A stretch of DNA of 64,000 bases from an uncultured Mycoplasma sp. (GCA_945915275.1 CAMEEZ010000002.1:190-64189); one strand, 5' to 3'. Numbered from the stretch's first letter, positions 1 through 11,361 are shown. Made by a program: numbers and translations. Notes: generated from the letters alone by a model not told the origin.

Positions 1-576
1 AACATTTTTGACGTAGTTTTTAGGACATTTATTACATATTGACTATCGACAATGATGTGATCCAATATAGTGGAATATGAAATAATTGTATTTAAAGTGC
101 TAATCTTAGGTCAGGGATTAGTGCTTTTTTTCATATTCTTATACCCCCTTAAATTTAATTTTTATGGCCGAAAGTTAGGTCATAACTTTGTGTTTTTTGA
201 TATAAAATCTTTACTAGTTATTGAAAGGACTTTGTTTAAAGGGGTGATATTATGAATGAAATAAATTTTGTTTTAGATAAGATTAATAATTTGAATTATT
301 TAGAAAGCAATATAAGTTATAATAAAAAAATTAAAGAAATTGTATCTATTTTCTTTCAATTATATTTAATTAATCAATTATATAAAAATCATTTAATTGC
401 TAAAAATGAGTACCATAAATTATATTCTAGTATTAAAAAATCATATTAAATTGATAGAATGTTGAGAAAAAATGTTATTTATGCATTATAATATTTATAA
501 TGGTTTAGTAATTTGAAATTCTTATATAAGAGGTGAAGCTGAAAGAAGTTCAAATAATTAAAGCCAGTAAGGATAA

Positions 577-927
577 GTTATTCGTAGTGGTCCTATCATT
601 AAAAATAAAATTAGGGTTGCACTTTATGCTAGGGTAAGTACAGATTCTGATGAACAAAAGAATAGTTACGAATCACAAAAGAAATATTATCAAGAATTAG
701 TTTCTAATAATTCTGAATGGGAACTAGTAGATATCTATGTTGATGAAGCAATATCTGGTACACAAGTTTATAAAAGAACAGATTTTATGAGAATGATTAA
801 TGATGCTATGGAAGGTAAAATTAATATGATTATTACTAAATCTATTTCAATAATTGCTAAAAATACATTAGATACTTTAAGTTATGTTAGGCAGTTAAAA
901 GATAAAGGTGTTGCTGACCCGTTATAA
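577..927 (+). pseudogene. Remnant of a serine recombinase (resolvase/invertase) N-terminal catalytic domain. It has no start codon and a stop immediately upstream, and it is truncated after ~116 codons.
   Basis: The frame translates to ...KIRVALYARVSTDSDEQ..SQ..WELVDIYVDEAISG...MIITKSISIIAKNTL..L..LKDKGV, which is the classic resolvase motif (YARVST..Q, DxGxSG). TAA sits at 574-576 directly in front. No ATG is present, and it ends at TAA 925-927 long before a recombinase domain could follow. Confidence 0.6.
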
Positions 928-969
928 GGACATGTGGAAACAGTTTGCGTTTTAGAAAGGAAGTAAAGT

Positions 970-1521
970 ATGAAATATGTAAAAGTAATAGATGGATTAA
1001 AATCTAATGCAGGTGATTTTGAATATAAGTTAGGAAAAGTAAATATTGCAAATAATTGGAATCCTAATGCTGATAATCCAAAAGATTTTGGGGGATTTAA
1101 TTATTGCGATGAAAAATGTATTTTAAGATGGTTACATAGAGGGACATACATTTATGAAGTAGAAATTCCTGAAGATGCAGAAAATGTAAAATTAGAAGGA
1201 GCAACTACCATATATAGAACTAATAAACTAGTTATAAAAAATCCTAAAAAAGTAGATGATAATTTAGCATTTCATTTTTATGAAATATCTGATATACCAG
1301 AAAAATCTTATTATAAGGCCTTGGGCGTAATGGCTATTATGAATTATGAGAAAACCGCAAAAGCAATATTAAAGGATAAAGTTAATAAAGATAATATAGA
1401 AGTTGTATTGGAAGAATGGAATAATTTTATAGAACATGGTGGAAAAAACGATAGAAAACATTTAAATGCTTTAGTAAAGGAAATAGATGATGAATTAAAC
1501 AAAATTAATGAAAACAAATAA
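970..1521 (+). CDS. Hypothetical protein of 183 aa with no recognisable domain.
   Basis: Long ORF with coding-like composition. Confidence 0.45.
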   Translation: MKYVKVIDGLKSNAGDFEYKLGKVNIANNWNPNADNPKDFGGFNYCDEKCILRWLHRGTYIYEVEIPEDAENVKLEGATTIYRTNKLVIKNPKKVDDNLAFHFYEISDIPEKSYYKALGVMAIMNYEKTAKAILKDKVNKDNIEVVLEEWNNFIEHGGKNDRKHLNALVKEIDDELNKINENK

Positions 1522-1682
1522 TTATATGGCAGACATTCATAGTTACGTACTCTAAGTACCTGTTATAATCCGTCTTTACCGATGTTTGTTATATTAACAA
1601 AAAACATAAAAAAATCAAAATTTTAACTTTGAAACCTTTATGTTCATCATTATACGCGATATAATACTCGCAAGAGGTAATT

Positions 1683-2543
1683 ATGTTTAGAAAAATATAT
1701 ATTGAAATAACAAATGTATGTAATTTAAAATGTGAATTTTGCCCAGAAACTAAAAGGGTTAAAAGATTTTTAAACGTTGTGCAATTTGAAGAAATTATTA
1801 AAAAAATTCAAAATTATACTAATTTAGTTTGTTTACATGTCAAGGGAGAGCCTTTATTACATCCAGAATTAAAACAAATTTTAAAAATACTTGATAAATA
1901 TAATTTAAAAGCTAATATTACAACTAATGGAACTTTACTTGAGAAAAAAATTGATTCTTTAAAAAAAGCTACATCTTTAAGACAACTTAATATATCCTTA
2001 CACAGCATTAATCAAAATAAGATAAGAAATGGATTGAATTTATATAATTTATTTGATTCAGTAAAAAGCCTAGAAGATGTAATAGTATCCTATAGGTTAT
2101 GGAATTTACATGATCTTACTGAAAATAATATTAATAATAATATAATTGAACAATTAGAAAAATATTATAATTATATCGGGCTAAAAGAAGAATTGAGGCA
2201 AAAAAGTTTTATAAAAATAAAAGATGGTATATATATTAATCAAGATCTAGAATTTGTATGGCCTAGTAAAAATGGAAAAGTTATAAATAAAGAGGGAAGA
2301 TGTTTAGCCTTAAAAAATCAAATTGCCATACTTGTTGATGGTAGTGTTGTTCCTTGCTGTATGGATAATGATGGAGATATAGTTTTAGGTAATATTTTTG
2401 AAGAAACCTTAGAAGAAATACTCCAAAAACCAAAAACTTTAGCAATTAAAAGAAATTTTGAAAATAATATTATTACTTGTAATTTATGTAAAACTTGTGG
2501 CTTTTTAAAAAAATTAGAGAACAAGAGAGACAATAAAAAATAA
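1683..2543 (+). CDS. Radical SAM protein with a C-terminal Cys-rich (SPASM/twitch-like) region.
   Basis: N-terminal CNLKCEFCPE (CxxxCxxC) motif. C-terminal CC...C..C..C cluster (CCMDNDGD...CNLCKTCGF). RBS AGAGGT. Confidence 0.6.
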   Translation: MFRKIYIEITNVCNLKCEFCPETKRVKRFLNVVQFEEIIKKIQNYTNLVCLHVKGEPLLHPELKQILKILDKYNLKANITTNGTLLEKKIDSLKKATSLRQLNISLHSINQNKIRNGLNLYNLFDSVKSLEDVIVSYRLWNLHDLTENNINNNIIEQLEKYYNYIGLKEELRQKSFIKIKDGIYINQDLEFVWPSKNGKVINKEGRCLALKNQIAILVDGSVVPCCMDNDGDIVLGNIFEETLEEILQKPKTLAIKRNFENNIITCNLCKTCGFLKKLENKRDNKK

Positions 2544-2600
2544 AATATATGTTAATTGAAAAAAATTAATGTATAATATAAATAGAATAGGAGTGATTAT

Positions 2601-3656
2601 ATGAGTAATTTGAAAGTAGTGCAATATGGATGCGGAAAAATGAGTAAATATACTATGAGGTATGTTTATGAAAAGGGTGGAAGTATAGTTGGAGCTTTTG
2701 ATATTAATCCTGAGGTAATCGGAAAAGATATTGGAACTATTATAGGTTGTGAGGATAAAGGTGTTGTAATAAATGATGTTAAAAATGCCAAAGAAATATT
2801 AAGAGAGTTAAAACCAGATGTATGTATTATTACAACTATGAGTTTATTAAATGATATTAAAGACGCTTGTATGATTTGTGCTGAACTAGGTATCAATGCT
2901 ATTACAACTTGTGAAGAAGCTTTCTTTCCTTGGAATTCTAATCCAAACTTGACAAAGAGAATAGATGAACTAGCAAAGAAAAACAACTGTACTATTACTG
3001 GTAGTGGTTACCAAGATATTTTATGGGGGCAATTAATTACATCACTTTGTGGAGCTACTCAAAACATTAAAAAAATTATTGGAGAGTCTTGGTATAATGT
3101 TGAAGATTATGGAGTCGCTCTAGCAGAGGCCCATGGTGCTGGACTTACTCTTCAAGAATTTGATGAAAAAATAGCTAGTGTAGACAGAATAACTGCAGAA
3201 GAAAGAGAAAAGCTGATTAATGATGAAGTTTATTCGCCTAGTTATATGTGGAATGTTAATGGATGGCTATGTGATAAGTTAGGGTTAACCGTTAAAAGCC
3301 AATCACAAAAATGTGTTCCTGAAGTATATAATAATGATATAGAATCAAGTACTTTAGGAATGACTATTAAAGCAGGGGATGCAACTGGAATGAGTGCAGT
3401 TGTTACTACGGAAACTGAAGAAGGGATAATTTTAGAAACAAAATGTGTTGGAAAAGTATACGCTCCAGATGAATTTGATATAAATGAATGGAAAATTATT
3501 GGAGAACCTGACACAACTGTAACTATTCAAAGACCTGCTACAGTTGAGCTTACATGTGCAACAATTGTAAATCGCTTGCCAGATTTAATTTCAGCAAAAG
3601 CTGGTTTTGTTCCTACTTCATCAATGAAAGATCTTGAATATAAAAAAGAACTATAA
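2601..3656 (+). CDS. DapB-N-like NAD(P)-binding oxidoreductase, of the amine dehydrogenase / 2,4-diaminopentanoate dehydrogenase-like family.
   Basis: N-terminal VVQYGCGKMSKY...GAFDINPEV Rossmann motif typical of the DapB_N family. Size is ~350 aa. RBS GGAG. Confidence 0.4.
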   Translation: MSNLKVVQYGCGKMSKYTMRYVYEKGGSIVGAFDINPEVIGKDIGTIIGCEDKGVVINDVKNAKEILRELKPDVCIITTMSLLNDIKDACMICAELGINAITTCEEAFFPWNSNPNLTKRIDELAKKNNCTITGSGYQDILWGQLITSLCGATQNIKKIIGESWYNVEDYGVALAEAHGAGLTLQEFDEKIASVDRITAEEREKLINDEVYSPSYMWNVNGWLCDKLGLTVKSQSQKCVPEVYNNDIESSTLGMTIKAGDATGMSAVVTTETEEGIILETKCVGKVYAPDEFDINEWKIIGEPDTTVTIQRPATVELTCATIVNRLPDLISAKAGFVPTSSMKDLEYKKEL

Positions 3657-3875
3657 AATAGATTATCATTATATGATAATTTTTTTTATAATGATTATTA
3701 AAAGTAAAGAGATTATTAAAAATTGTAATTTAAAGAAATAATTGCTAAAATATATTTTATATAGATAATAATTGTATATAATAAGAAAATATGGATATAG
3801 GAATAAAAGTAATTATTTGTTTTAGGTCCTTTTATTTATAATTAGTAAAAATTAATATTAATTCGAGAGGTAAAA

Positions 3876-4340
3876 ATGAAAAAAATAATTGAAATAACTT
3901 TAAATGATGAAAATGACTTATATGAAAAATATAATAAAAAATTAGCGTCTAGAAATTTGATAAATTATTTCGTTGATGTAATGCCATTTTTTAACAAAAA
4001 AGATATTATTAAAATAGTGATTAATGATAATTTGCTTGAAAAAGTTGATTGTGCTTCTCTTATTAAAGAAACGTTAATGTTAGAATATGAAAATCTTAAT
4101 TATCAGCATAACAAGAATAGCTTAGTACAAGTTATATATTTGTTTTTAGGGATATTTATTTTATTTTTATCTACTTTAATGACTCAAGAGGTATTTAAAG
4201 AAGTAGTATTAATAATTGGGTGGATATTTATATGGACAATGATGGAATTAGAAATTTATACTGATAAAAGTATTAAAAAGAGAAGAATAATAATAAAAAA
4301 ATTATTAAATAGTGAAATTGTTGTAAATAAAATTAACTAA
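3876..4340 (+). CDS. Small membrane protein with two predicted TM helices, sitting directly upstream of the P-type ATPase.
   Basis: Hydrophobic stretch LVQVIYLFLGIFILFLSTLM...LIIGWIFIWTMM. RBS GAGAGGT. Confidence 0.4.
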   Translation: MKKIIEITLNDENDLYEKYNKKLASRNLINYFVDVMPFFNKKDIIKIVINDNLLEKVDCASLIKETLMLEYENLNYQHNKNSLVQVIYLFLGIFILFLSTLMTQEVFKEVVLIIGWIFIWTMMELEIYTDKSIKKRRIIIKKLLNSEIVVNKIN

Positions 4341-4354
4341 AGGAGGGCTAAAAG

Positions 4355-6985
4355 ATGTACTATAATAAGAGTATTGAGGATATTTATTTAGAATTAGAAA
4401 CTAGTGAGAAAGGTCTTAATTCTAATCATGTTTCTGAGAGGATTTTAAAATATGGTAAAAATATTATTCCTAAGAAGAAAAAAGCAAGTATTTTTTCAAT
4501 TTTTGTAAATGAATTTAAAGACCCAATAGTCATTTTATTATTAGTAGCAATATTAGCTTCCTTTATTTCGGGAGAAGTAGTTGATGCTATAGCAATTTTA
4601 TTTATAGTGTTAGTTGATGCGATTATGGGAACATATCAGGAAAATAAAGCAAATAATACTGCTGAATCTTTGGAAAAATTAGTAATGGTAAAAACAAAAG
4701 TAATAAGGAATAATGAATTAATTAGTATTGATGCTGCAGAAGTTGTTATAGGAGATATTGTTGTTTTAGAATCAGGTGATAAAATTAGTGCTGATTTAAG
4801 AATTATTGAAGCCCATAATTTGAGAATTGATGAATCTATTTTAACAGGAGAAAGTATTCAAGTTTTTAAAAATAACAATTTAATAAAAAAAGATAATGTA
4901 ATTTTAGCAGAACAAAAAAATATGGCTTTTGCTGGGACATCTGTAGTGAGTGGTAGAGCAAAAGCAATTGTTGTTGGAGTTGGACTTGACACAGAAATTG
5001 GTAAAATTGCTAATAGTATTAATAATACTGAAGATGAGAAATCACCATTAACAATTAGAATAGAAAAACTATCAAAACAAATAAGCCTTTTAGTTTTGAT
5101 TGTTGCACTTATTACATCTGTATTACTTATTTTCAAAAATGTCCCATATCATGAAATATTTTTGTCTGTTATTGCCTTAACGGTTTCGGCAATGCCAGAA
5201 GGTTTGTCGCTAGCTTTAACAATGGCATTAACAATTGCATCTAATAGAATGTCAAAGAAAAATGTTATAGTAAAAAAACTTAACTCAGCAGAGTCATTAG
5301 GTAGTTGTACAGTTATTGCTAGTGATAAAACTGGTACATTGACAGTAAATGAGCAAACTGCTAAAAAAATTATTCTGCCTAACAACGAAATTTATAATAT
5401 TTCGGGAACTGGGTTTGACTTTTTCGGAGAAGTAACTGGATATGATTTAGAACACGCAAAAGAAATAGCACTTTTGGGAATAATTAATAATGAAGCAATT
5501 ATAAGTGATAATAAAAAAGTAGGAGACTCCATTGATATAGCTTTTTTGGTTTTAGCCAAAAAATTGGGAATAAACACTCACTCAATCAAAACTTTGGAAA
5601 TAATACCCTATGAGTCTGAAAATAAATATTCCGCAGTTTTTTATGAACAAAATGATGATGTATATTGTACAGTTAAAGGATCTTTAGAAGTAGTAAAAAA
5701 TTTTTGTAAAGATATTAATTTAATAGATGATAAAATAGATTCTAAAATTCTAGAAGAACAAAATGAAAACTTGGCTCGTGATGGGTATAGAGTAATAGCT
5801 TTGGCAAACGGAAAATTAAAAAAGAAAGATAAATATTCTATAGCTGATATTAAAAACTTAACTTTTATGGGAATGGTAGGTTTTATTGATCCAATTAGAA
5901 AAGAGGCAATTAGCTCTATTAAAGAATGTCATAAAGCGGGAATCAAAGTTTTAATGATTACTGGTGATCATCCATTAACTGCATATTCTATTGCAAAGGA
6001 ATTAAATATAGCTTTAGATTTTGAGAATGTTACTACTGGTGAAGAAATTGATGCTATTTTTGAAAAAGGAGAAAACGTTTTTGATACATTTATTTCTGGT
6101 AAGACTGTATTTGCTAGAGTAACACCACTTCAAAAATTAAGAATTGTTGAATCGTTAAAAAGACAAGGTGAATTTGTTTCAGTAACTGGAGATGGAGTAA
6201 ATGATGCTCCGGCATTAAAAAGTGCTAATATAGGTGTTGCAATGGGAAGTGGTACAGATATTGCAAGAGAAACTGCTGATATGATTATTATTGATGATAA
6301 TTTTAAATCAATTGTTGCCGGAATAAAAGAAGGCAGAATTGCTTATGCTAATATTCGTAAAATTATTTATTTCTTAATTTCTTGTGGTTTAGCTGAAGTT
6401 ATATTTTTTTGCTTGTCAATAATTATGGATTTACCTATGCCTTTAATAGCTATTCAACTTTTATGGATTAATGTAGTTACGGATGGTATTCAAGATTTTG
6501 CGCTATCTTTTGAAAAAGGAGAATCTGATGTATTGCTTGAAAAACCTCGAAGTCCTGGCGAATCAATATTTAACAAAAATTTATTGAAGGAGATTGTTGT
6601 ATCTGGTTTAGTAATTGGTATTATTGTTTTCTTGGTCTGGAATTATCTAATAAGTTTTCTTAAAATGAACGTTAATGTTGCTCGAGGATATATTATGGCT
6701 TTAATGGTATTTATTCAAAATATACATGTATTTAATTGTAGAAGCGAAAATAAGTCTGCCTTTAGTGTTCCTCTTAAAAATAATCCTTTAGTTGTAGTTG
6801 GTGTTATTTGTTCAATATTATTACAAATTGTTGTAATGGAGCTAGAAGACTTGGCAAAGTTTTTGCAAACAACTCCAGTTCCATTTATCCATTTAATAAT
6901 TCTATTTTTAATTGCTGGAATTGTTTTGATTATAATGGAAATATATAAAAAGGTTAGTTCATCATTAAAAAAAGATGATAAATAA
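4355..6985 (+). CDS. P-type cation-transporting ATPase (type IIA, Ca2+-ATPase-like).
   Basis: DKTGTLT phosphorylation motif, TGES, TGDGVNDAPAL and 10 TM-like segments. Strong RBS AAGGAGGG. Confidence 0.85.
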   Translation: MYYNKSIEDIYLELETSEKGLNSNHVSERILKYGKNIIPKKKKASIFSIFVNEFKDPIVILLLVAILASFISGEVVDAIAILFIVLVDAIMGTYQENKANNTAESLEKLVMVKTKVIRNNELISIDAAEVVIGDIVVLESGDKISADLRIIEAHNLRIDESILTGESIQVFKNNNLIKKDNVILAEQKNMAFAGTSVVSGRAKAIVVGVGLDTEIGKIANSINNTEDEKSPLTIRIEKLSKQISLLVLIVALITSVLLIFKNVPYHEIFLSVIALTVSAMPEGLSLALTMALTIASNRMSKKNVIVKKLNSAESLGSCTVIASDKTGTLTVNEQTAKKIILPNNEIYNISGTGFDFFGEVTGYDLEHAKEIALLGIINNEAIISDNKKVGDSIDIAFLVLAKKLGINTHSIKTLEIIPYESENKYSAVFYEQNDDVYCTVKGSLEVVKNFCKDINLIDDKIDSKILEEQNENLARDGYRVIALANGKLKKKDKYSIADIKNLTFMGMVGFIDPIRKEAISSIKECHKAGIKVLMITGDHPLTAYSIAKELNIALDFENVTTGEEIDAIFEKGENVFDTFISGKTVFARVTPLQKLRIVESLKRQGEFVSVTGDGVNDAPALKSANIGVAMGSGTDIARETADMIIIDDNFKSIVAGIKEGRIAYANIRKIIYFLISCGLAEVIFFCLSIIMDLPMPLIAIQLLWINVVTDGIQDFALSFEKGESDVLLEKPRSPGESIFNKNLLKEIVVSGLVIGIIVFLVWNYLISFLKMNVNVARGYIMALMVFIQNIHVFNCRSENKSAFSVPLKNNPLVVVGVICSILLQIVVMELEDLAKFLQTTPVPFIHLIILFLIAGIVLIIMEIYKKVSSSLKKDDK

Positions 6986-7020
6986 CTTTAATACTAGAAT
7001 ATCCAAAATTATAGTGTAGT

Positions 7021-7048
7021 AAACGTCACAAAACGTTTGCTTTTTTAT
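7021..7048 (+). terminator. Rho-independent terminator after the P-type ATPase.
   Basis: AAACGT-cacaaa-ACGTTT hairpin followed by GCTTTTTTATTT. Confidence 0.5.
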
Positions 7049-7070
7049 TTGTAAAATTTGTTGCTTTTAA

Positions 7071-7099
7071 TTGACTTATGAACATACGTTTGCTATACT
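7071..7099 (+). promoter_or_regulatory. Sigma-A-type promoter for the ruvA operon. The spacer carries a LexA/Cheo-like box (tGAACATACGTTtg at 7079-7092).
   Basis: TTGACT, a 17-nt spacer, then TATACT. The spacer contains GAAC-N4-GTT, matching 12 of 14 positions of CGAACRNRYGTTCG. Confidence 0.45.
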
Positions 7100-7122
7100 T
7101 AACTAGAAGGTAGATGATAAAA

Positions 7123-7677
7123 ATGTTAAATTATATTTATGGTGAAGTAATGGAACTGGGGAGTAATTATATCGTTTTATCTTGTAATAATATAGGATTT
7201 ACAATATTTGTTCCTAACCCTTTTAGCTATGAATTAAATAATTTATATAAAGTTTATTTGTATAACTATGTTAAAGAAGATGAATATTCGTTATATGGAT
7301 TTAAAAATATTGAGGAAAAGGAAATGTTTTTGAAACTCATTAACGTTAAGGGATTAGGACCTAAAATGGCTATGCCTATGCTTGCAACTGGAAGCATTGA
7401 AGGACTTTCTGATGCCATTGAAAGAGAGAATATTTTATATTTGACAAAGTTTCCAAAGATAGGAGAAAAGTTAGCAAAGCAAATAATTTTAGATTTAAAA
7501 GGAAAACTAAATATTTCTAGTACTAATATGATTAGTAATAATACTGAAGAACTAATTGAAGTTTTAACTAATTTAGGTTACAAATCTAGTGAAATTAAAA
7601 AGGTTATTCCACAGATTGATGATACAAAAACATTAGAAGAACAAATAAAAGAAGCTTTAAAAATAATGTTAAAATAA
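7123..7677 (+). CDS. ruvA: Holliday junction DNA helicase RuvA.
   Basis: N-terminal MLNYIYGEV..., domain order and ~185 aa. Conserved position before ruvB. Confidence 0.8.
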   Translation: MLNYIYGEVMELGSNYIVLSCNNIGFTIFVPNPFSYELNNLYKVYLYNYVKEDEYSLYGFKNIEEKEMFLKLINVKGLGPKMAMPMLATGSIEGLSDAIERENILYLTKFPKIGEKLAKQIILDLKGKLNISSTNMISNNTEELIEVLTNLGYKSSEIKKVIPQIDDTKTLEEQIKEALKIMLK

Positions 7678-7686
7678 GGAGGGTTT

Positions 7687-8280
7687 ATGGCAAAATTATA
7701 TTTCAGATATGGAGCTATGGGTTGTGGTAAAACATCTGCTTTACTTCAAGTTGCTCATAATTATAATGAGAAAAATATGGAAATTTTATTAATTAAGCCT
7801 AAAATTGATATTAAAGGTGGTATTAATGTAGAAAGTCGGATAGGTATTTATAGACAAGTCGATTATGTTTTTCCTCCTAAAATTCATATAAAAAATAAGT
7901 TAATACTAGATAACATAAGAGCTATAATTGTTGATGAAGCGCAATTCTTAAGCCCTCATCAAGTTGATGAATTATATGAAATTACTAAAGAAAAAAATAT
8001 TCCTGTAATATGTTATGGCTTGAGAACAGACTTTCAAATGAAAGGATTTCCTGGAGCTAGTAGAATTTTAGAAATTGCTGATGAAATAGAAGAAATAAAA
8101 ACTATATGCAAATGTGGTCAAAAAGCAACTCAAAATTTGAGAATTATAAATAATATACCGGTTTTTAAAGGAGAACAAGTAGTAATTGATGGGACAAATA
8201 AAAATATAACTTATGAAAGTATTTGTGGTAAATGTTATTTAGAATTAAAGAATAAATATTGTAAAAAGGAGAATTTATGA
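7687..8280 (+). CDS. tdk: Thymidine kinase.
   Basis: [15 protein letters not shown]-loop, C-terminal Zn-ribbon cysteines (CKCG...CGKC), ~195 aa. RBS AAGGAGGG. Confidence 0.85.
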   Translation: MAKLYFRYGAMGCGKTSALLQVAHNYNEKNMEILLIKPKIDIKGGINVESRIGIYRQVDYVFPPKIHIKNKLILDNIRAIIVDEAQFLSPHQVDELYEITKEKNIPVICYGLRTDFQMKGFPGASRILEIADEIEEIKTICKCGQKATQNLRIINNIPVFKGEQVVIDGTNKNITYESICGKCYLELKNKYCKKENL

Positions 8281-9296
8281 ATACTAGATTGATTAGTGCA
8301 ACTGAATTGAATGAAGATTCTTATGATAAAAATATTAGACCATCAAATTTGGATGAATACGTTGGACAAACAGAAATAAAAAACAATTTAAGAATATTTA
8401 TTGAGGCTGCCAAAATGCGTAATGAACCATTGGATCATGTATTACTTTATGGACCACCGGGACTTGGAAAAACTACCCTTGCTCATATAATAGCTAACGA
8501 ACTTGGTTCAAATATTAAAACTGCTTCTGGGCCATCAATTGAAAAAAGTGGAGATTTAGCGGCAATTCTTTCTAATTTAGAACCGGGTGATGTATTATTT
8601 ATAGATGAAATTCATAGAATGCCTAAATTTATTGAAGAAATTTTATACCCTGCGATGGAAGATTTTGAAATTGATATAATGATTGGATCTGAAGGTAAAA
8701 GCAGGAGTGTTAAAATAGATTTGCCTCCCTTTACTTTAGTCGGTGCCACAACTAGAGCTGGTGATATATCAAGTCCTTTACGTGATAGATTTGGAATAGT
8801 GTCTAAATTGAATTATTATACAGATGAAGAATTAAAGTCAATTATCTTAAGAACTAGTCGAGTTTTAAATATGGAAATAGATGAAGATGCTGCAATTGAA
8901 TTAGGAAAAAGATGTAGAAAAACCCCAAGAATTGCTAACCGTTTATTTAAAAGAGTTCGAGATTTTGCTTTAGTTGATGGGCGAGGACATATTGATAAAG
9001 ATATTACATTAGATTCATTGAATAGGTTGAAAGTAGATCAATATGGCTTAGATGAAATAGATATAGAATATTTAAAATCTCTAATTTTTAAATTTAATGG
9101 AGGTCCTGTTGGAGTTGAAACTATTGCTACATCAATTGGAGAAGAAGTCTCGACAATTGAAGATGTAGTTGAACCATTTTTACTTCAAGAAGGGTTTATA
9201 AAAAGGACTAGAAGTGGTAGAATAGCTACGGAACTTAGTTATAATCATTTAGAAGTAAGTCATAATGAAGGCTTATTTAATATGGGAGATGATTAA
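8277..9296 (+). CDS. ruvB: Holliday junction branch migration ATPase RuvB.
   Basis: [13 protein letters not shown] Walker A and DEIHR Walker B. The start overlaps the tdk stop (ATGA). Confidence 0.9.
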   Translation: MNTRLISATELNEDSYDKNIRPSNLDEYVGQTEIKNNLRIFIEAAKMRNEPLDHVLLYGPPGLGKTTLAHIIANELGSNIKTASGPSIEKSGDLAAILSNLEPGDVLFIDEIHRMPKFIEEILYPAMEDFEIDIMIGSEGKSRSVKIDLPPFTLVGATTRAGDISSPLRDRFGIVSKLNYYTDEELKSIILRTSRVLNMEIDEDAAIELGKRCRKTPRIANRLFKRVRDFALVDGRGHIDKDITLDSLNRLKVDQYGLDEIDIEYLKSLIFKFNGGPVGVETIATSIGEEVSTIEDVVEPFLLQEGFIKRTRSGRIATELSYNHLEVSHNEGLFNMGDD

Positions 9297-10136
9297 ATGA
9301 TTTTAATGAATGGTAAAACTTTGAGAGATAAAATAATAAACGATATTAAAGAAAAAATTACTAAAGAAAATATTAAAGCTTCTTTAGCAATAATTTTAGT
9401 TGGTGAAAACGAAGCAAGTAAAATATATATAAATAATAAAGTAAAAGCTTGTAATGATGTTGGAATTACTCCTAAAACCTTTTTTTTGCCTAATGATGTC
9501 GAAGAAAAAGAAGTGCGTGATTTAATAATAAAATTAAATCAAGATGATGAAATTACAGGAATAATTTTGCAAAGTCCTGTTCCTAACCATATAAACTTTA
9601 ATAATTGTTCTGCATTGATTGCAAGTAATAAAGATGTAGATGGTTTTACAATGTCTAATACATATGATTTGTATTTAAATAATGAAACATTAATGCCATG
9701 CACCGTTAAAGCTATTATAGAAATATTAAATGAATATAGGATTGATTTAGAAGGAGCTAATGTTGTTATTATAGGACGAGGAAATATTGTTGGAAAGCCA
9801 CTTTTCTTGGCGTTATTAAATCGTAATGCAACTGTAACAATTGCTCATTCTAAAACAAAAAATTTAAAAGAGATTACAAAAAATGCTGATATTTTAATTT
9901 CTGCAGTTGGAAAACCAAATTTGATTACAGAAGATATGGTTAAAGATGATTCGGTAGTAATTGATGTAGGAATTTCTCGAGTTAATGGTAAAGTTGTTGG
10001 AGATGTTGATTTTGAAAACGTTGCTCCTAAATGTAGCTATATAACTCCTGTGCCTGGGGGAGTTGGACCAATGACGGTTGCAATGATAATGAGCAATATT
10101 ATGAAGGCAAAAGAAATGAGTGATAATAATGGATAA
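9297..10136 (+). CDS. folD: Bifunctional methylene-THF dehydrogenase / methenyl-THF cyclohydrolase FolD.
   Basis: Length and the [10 protein letters not shown] motif. Confidence 0.85.
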   Translation: MILMNGKTLRDKIINDIKEKITKENIKASLAIILVGENEASKIYINNKVKACNDVGITPKTFFLPNDVEEKEVRDLIIKLNQDDEITGIILQSPVPNHINFNNCSALIASNKDVDGFTMSNTYDLYLNNETLMPCTVKAIIEILNEYRIDLEGANVVIIGRGNIVGKPLFLALLNRNATVTIAHSKTKNLKEITKNADILISAVGKPNLITEDMVKDDSVVIDVGISRVNGKVVGDVDFENVAPKCSYITPVPGGVGPMTVAMIMSNIMKAKEMSDNNG

Positions 10137-11352
10137 AATTTTAAAAAAAGCATTAGAACAAGAAAAGAAAAGACAAGCTGAAAATATTGAATTAATAGCT
10201 AGTGAGAATTATGTATCAAAAGATATATTAGAATTGCAAGGAAGTATTTTAACAAATAAATATGCTGAAGGTTATCCTAATAAAAGATATTATGGTGGCT
10301 GCGAATATATAGATATCTTTGAAACTAAGGCTATTGAGTATGCCAAAAAATTATTTAATGTAAAATTTGCTAATGTTCAACCTCATAGTGGTTCCAGTGC
10401 TAACATGGCTGTTTATAGAGCATTACTTAATCATGGTGATAAAGTAATGGGAATGAACCTTTCAAACGGAGGTCATTTAACGCATGGACATAAATTATCA
10501 TTCAGTGGTCAGGATTTTGAAATTGTTGATTATGATGTTAATCCAATAACTGAAGAAATTGATTATCAAGAGTTGAGAAATAAAGCTATTAAAGAGAAGC
10601 CAAAAATGATAATTGCTGGAGCTAGTGCCTATTCAAAAGTAATTGATTTTGCAAAATTTAGAGAAATTTGTGATGAAATAGGGGCATTTTTAATGGTTGA
10701 CATGGCTCATATTGCTGGTCTTGTTGCAACAGGATTACATCCAAGTCCTGTTTTATATGCAGATGTTGTGACAACTACTACACATAAAACTTTAAGAGGT
10801 CCACGTGGAGGTTTAATTTTAACTAATAATGAAGATATTGCCAAAAAAATAGACAAAGTTATTTTTCCTGGCATTCAAGGGGGACCATTAATGCATGTTA
10901 TTGCTGCTAAAGCCGAATGTTTTTATGAAGCTCTTCAACCAGAGTTTAAAATATATCAACAACAAGTATTAAAAAATATTAAATCTTTGGCAAACAGCTT
11001 AAAAGAAGAGGGCTTTAGAATTATTGCAAATGGTACTGACAACCATTTAATATTGGTAGATGTTAAAGGCAGTTGTGGAATAACAGGTAAAGAAGCAGAA
11101 ATACTATTGGACAAGATTCATATTACTGTAAATAAAAACACTATTCCAAATGATAAAGAAAGTCCAATGGTTTCTAGTGGAATTAGAATTGGTAGTCCTG
11201 CCATGACTACAAGAGGATTTAAAGAAGCTGAATTCAAAATAGTTGGCAAAATAATAGCTAAGGCTTTAAAAAATTCTCATGATGAAAAAATGTTAAATGA
11301 ATTATCTAACCAAGTATTAGAACTTACTAAAAAATATCAAATGGAATATTAG
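10129..11352 (+). CDS. glyA: Serine hydroxymethyltransferase.
   Basis: [20 protein letters not shown] (PLP-Lys) motifs. Confidence 0.9.
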   Translation: MDKILKKALEQEKKRQAENIELIASENYVSKDILELQGSILTNKYAEGYPNKRYYGGCEYIDIFETKAIEYAKKLFNVKFANVQPHSGSSANMAVYRALLNHGDKVMGMNLSNGGHLTHGHKLSFSGQDFEIVDYDVNPITEEIDYQELRNKAIKEKPKMIIAGASAYSKVIDFAKFREICDEIGAFLMVDMAHIAGLVATGLHPSPVLYADVVTTTTHKTLRGPRGGLILTNNEDIAKKIDKVIFPGIQGGPLMHVIAAKAECFYEALQPEFKIYQQQVLKNIKSLANSLKEEGFRIIANGTDNHLILVDVKGSCGITGKEAEILLDKIHITVNKNTIPNDKESPMVSSGIRIGSPAMTTRGFKEAEFKIVGKIIAKALKNSHDEKMLNELSNQVLELTKKYQMEY

Positions 11353-11361
11353 GAGTATAGA

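Noticed and set aside
70-449. Two small ORFs (61 and 65 aa) at the window start, as real genes or RiPP precursors.
   Set aside because: No RBS or motif support and a very AT-rich context. I kept them only as a possibility in the mobile-element finding.
1814-5577. Several minus-strand ORFs (1814-2008, 2318-2533, 2666-2986, 3242-3514, 4858-5136, 5149-5385, 5392-5577) antisense to the radical SAM, oxidoreductase and ATPase genes.
   Set aside because: They lie inside well-supported genes on the other strand, have no RBS and have Ile/Phe/Leu-rich low-complexity translations typical of AT-rich antisense frames.
7021-7040. LexA box at AAACGTcacaaaACGTTT.
   Set aside because: The half-sites are AACG/CGTT rather than GAAC/GTTC, and it is followed by a U-run. 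It is better explained as the ATPase terminator. The better Cheo-like match is at 7079-7092.
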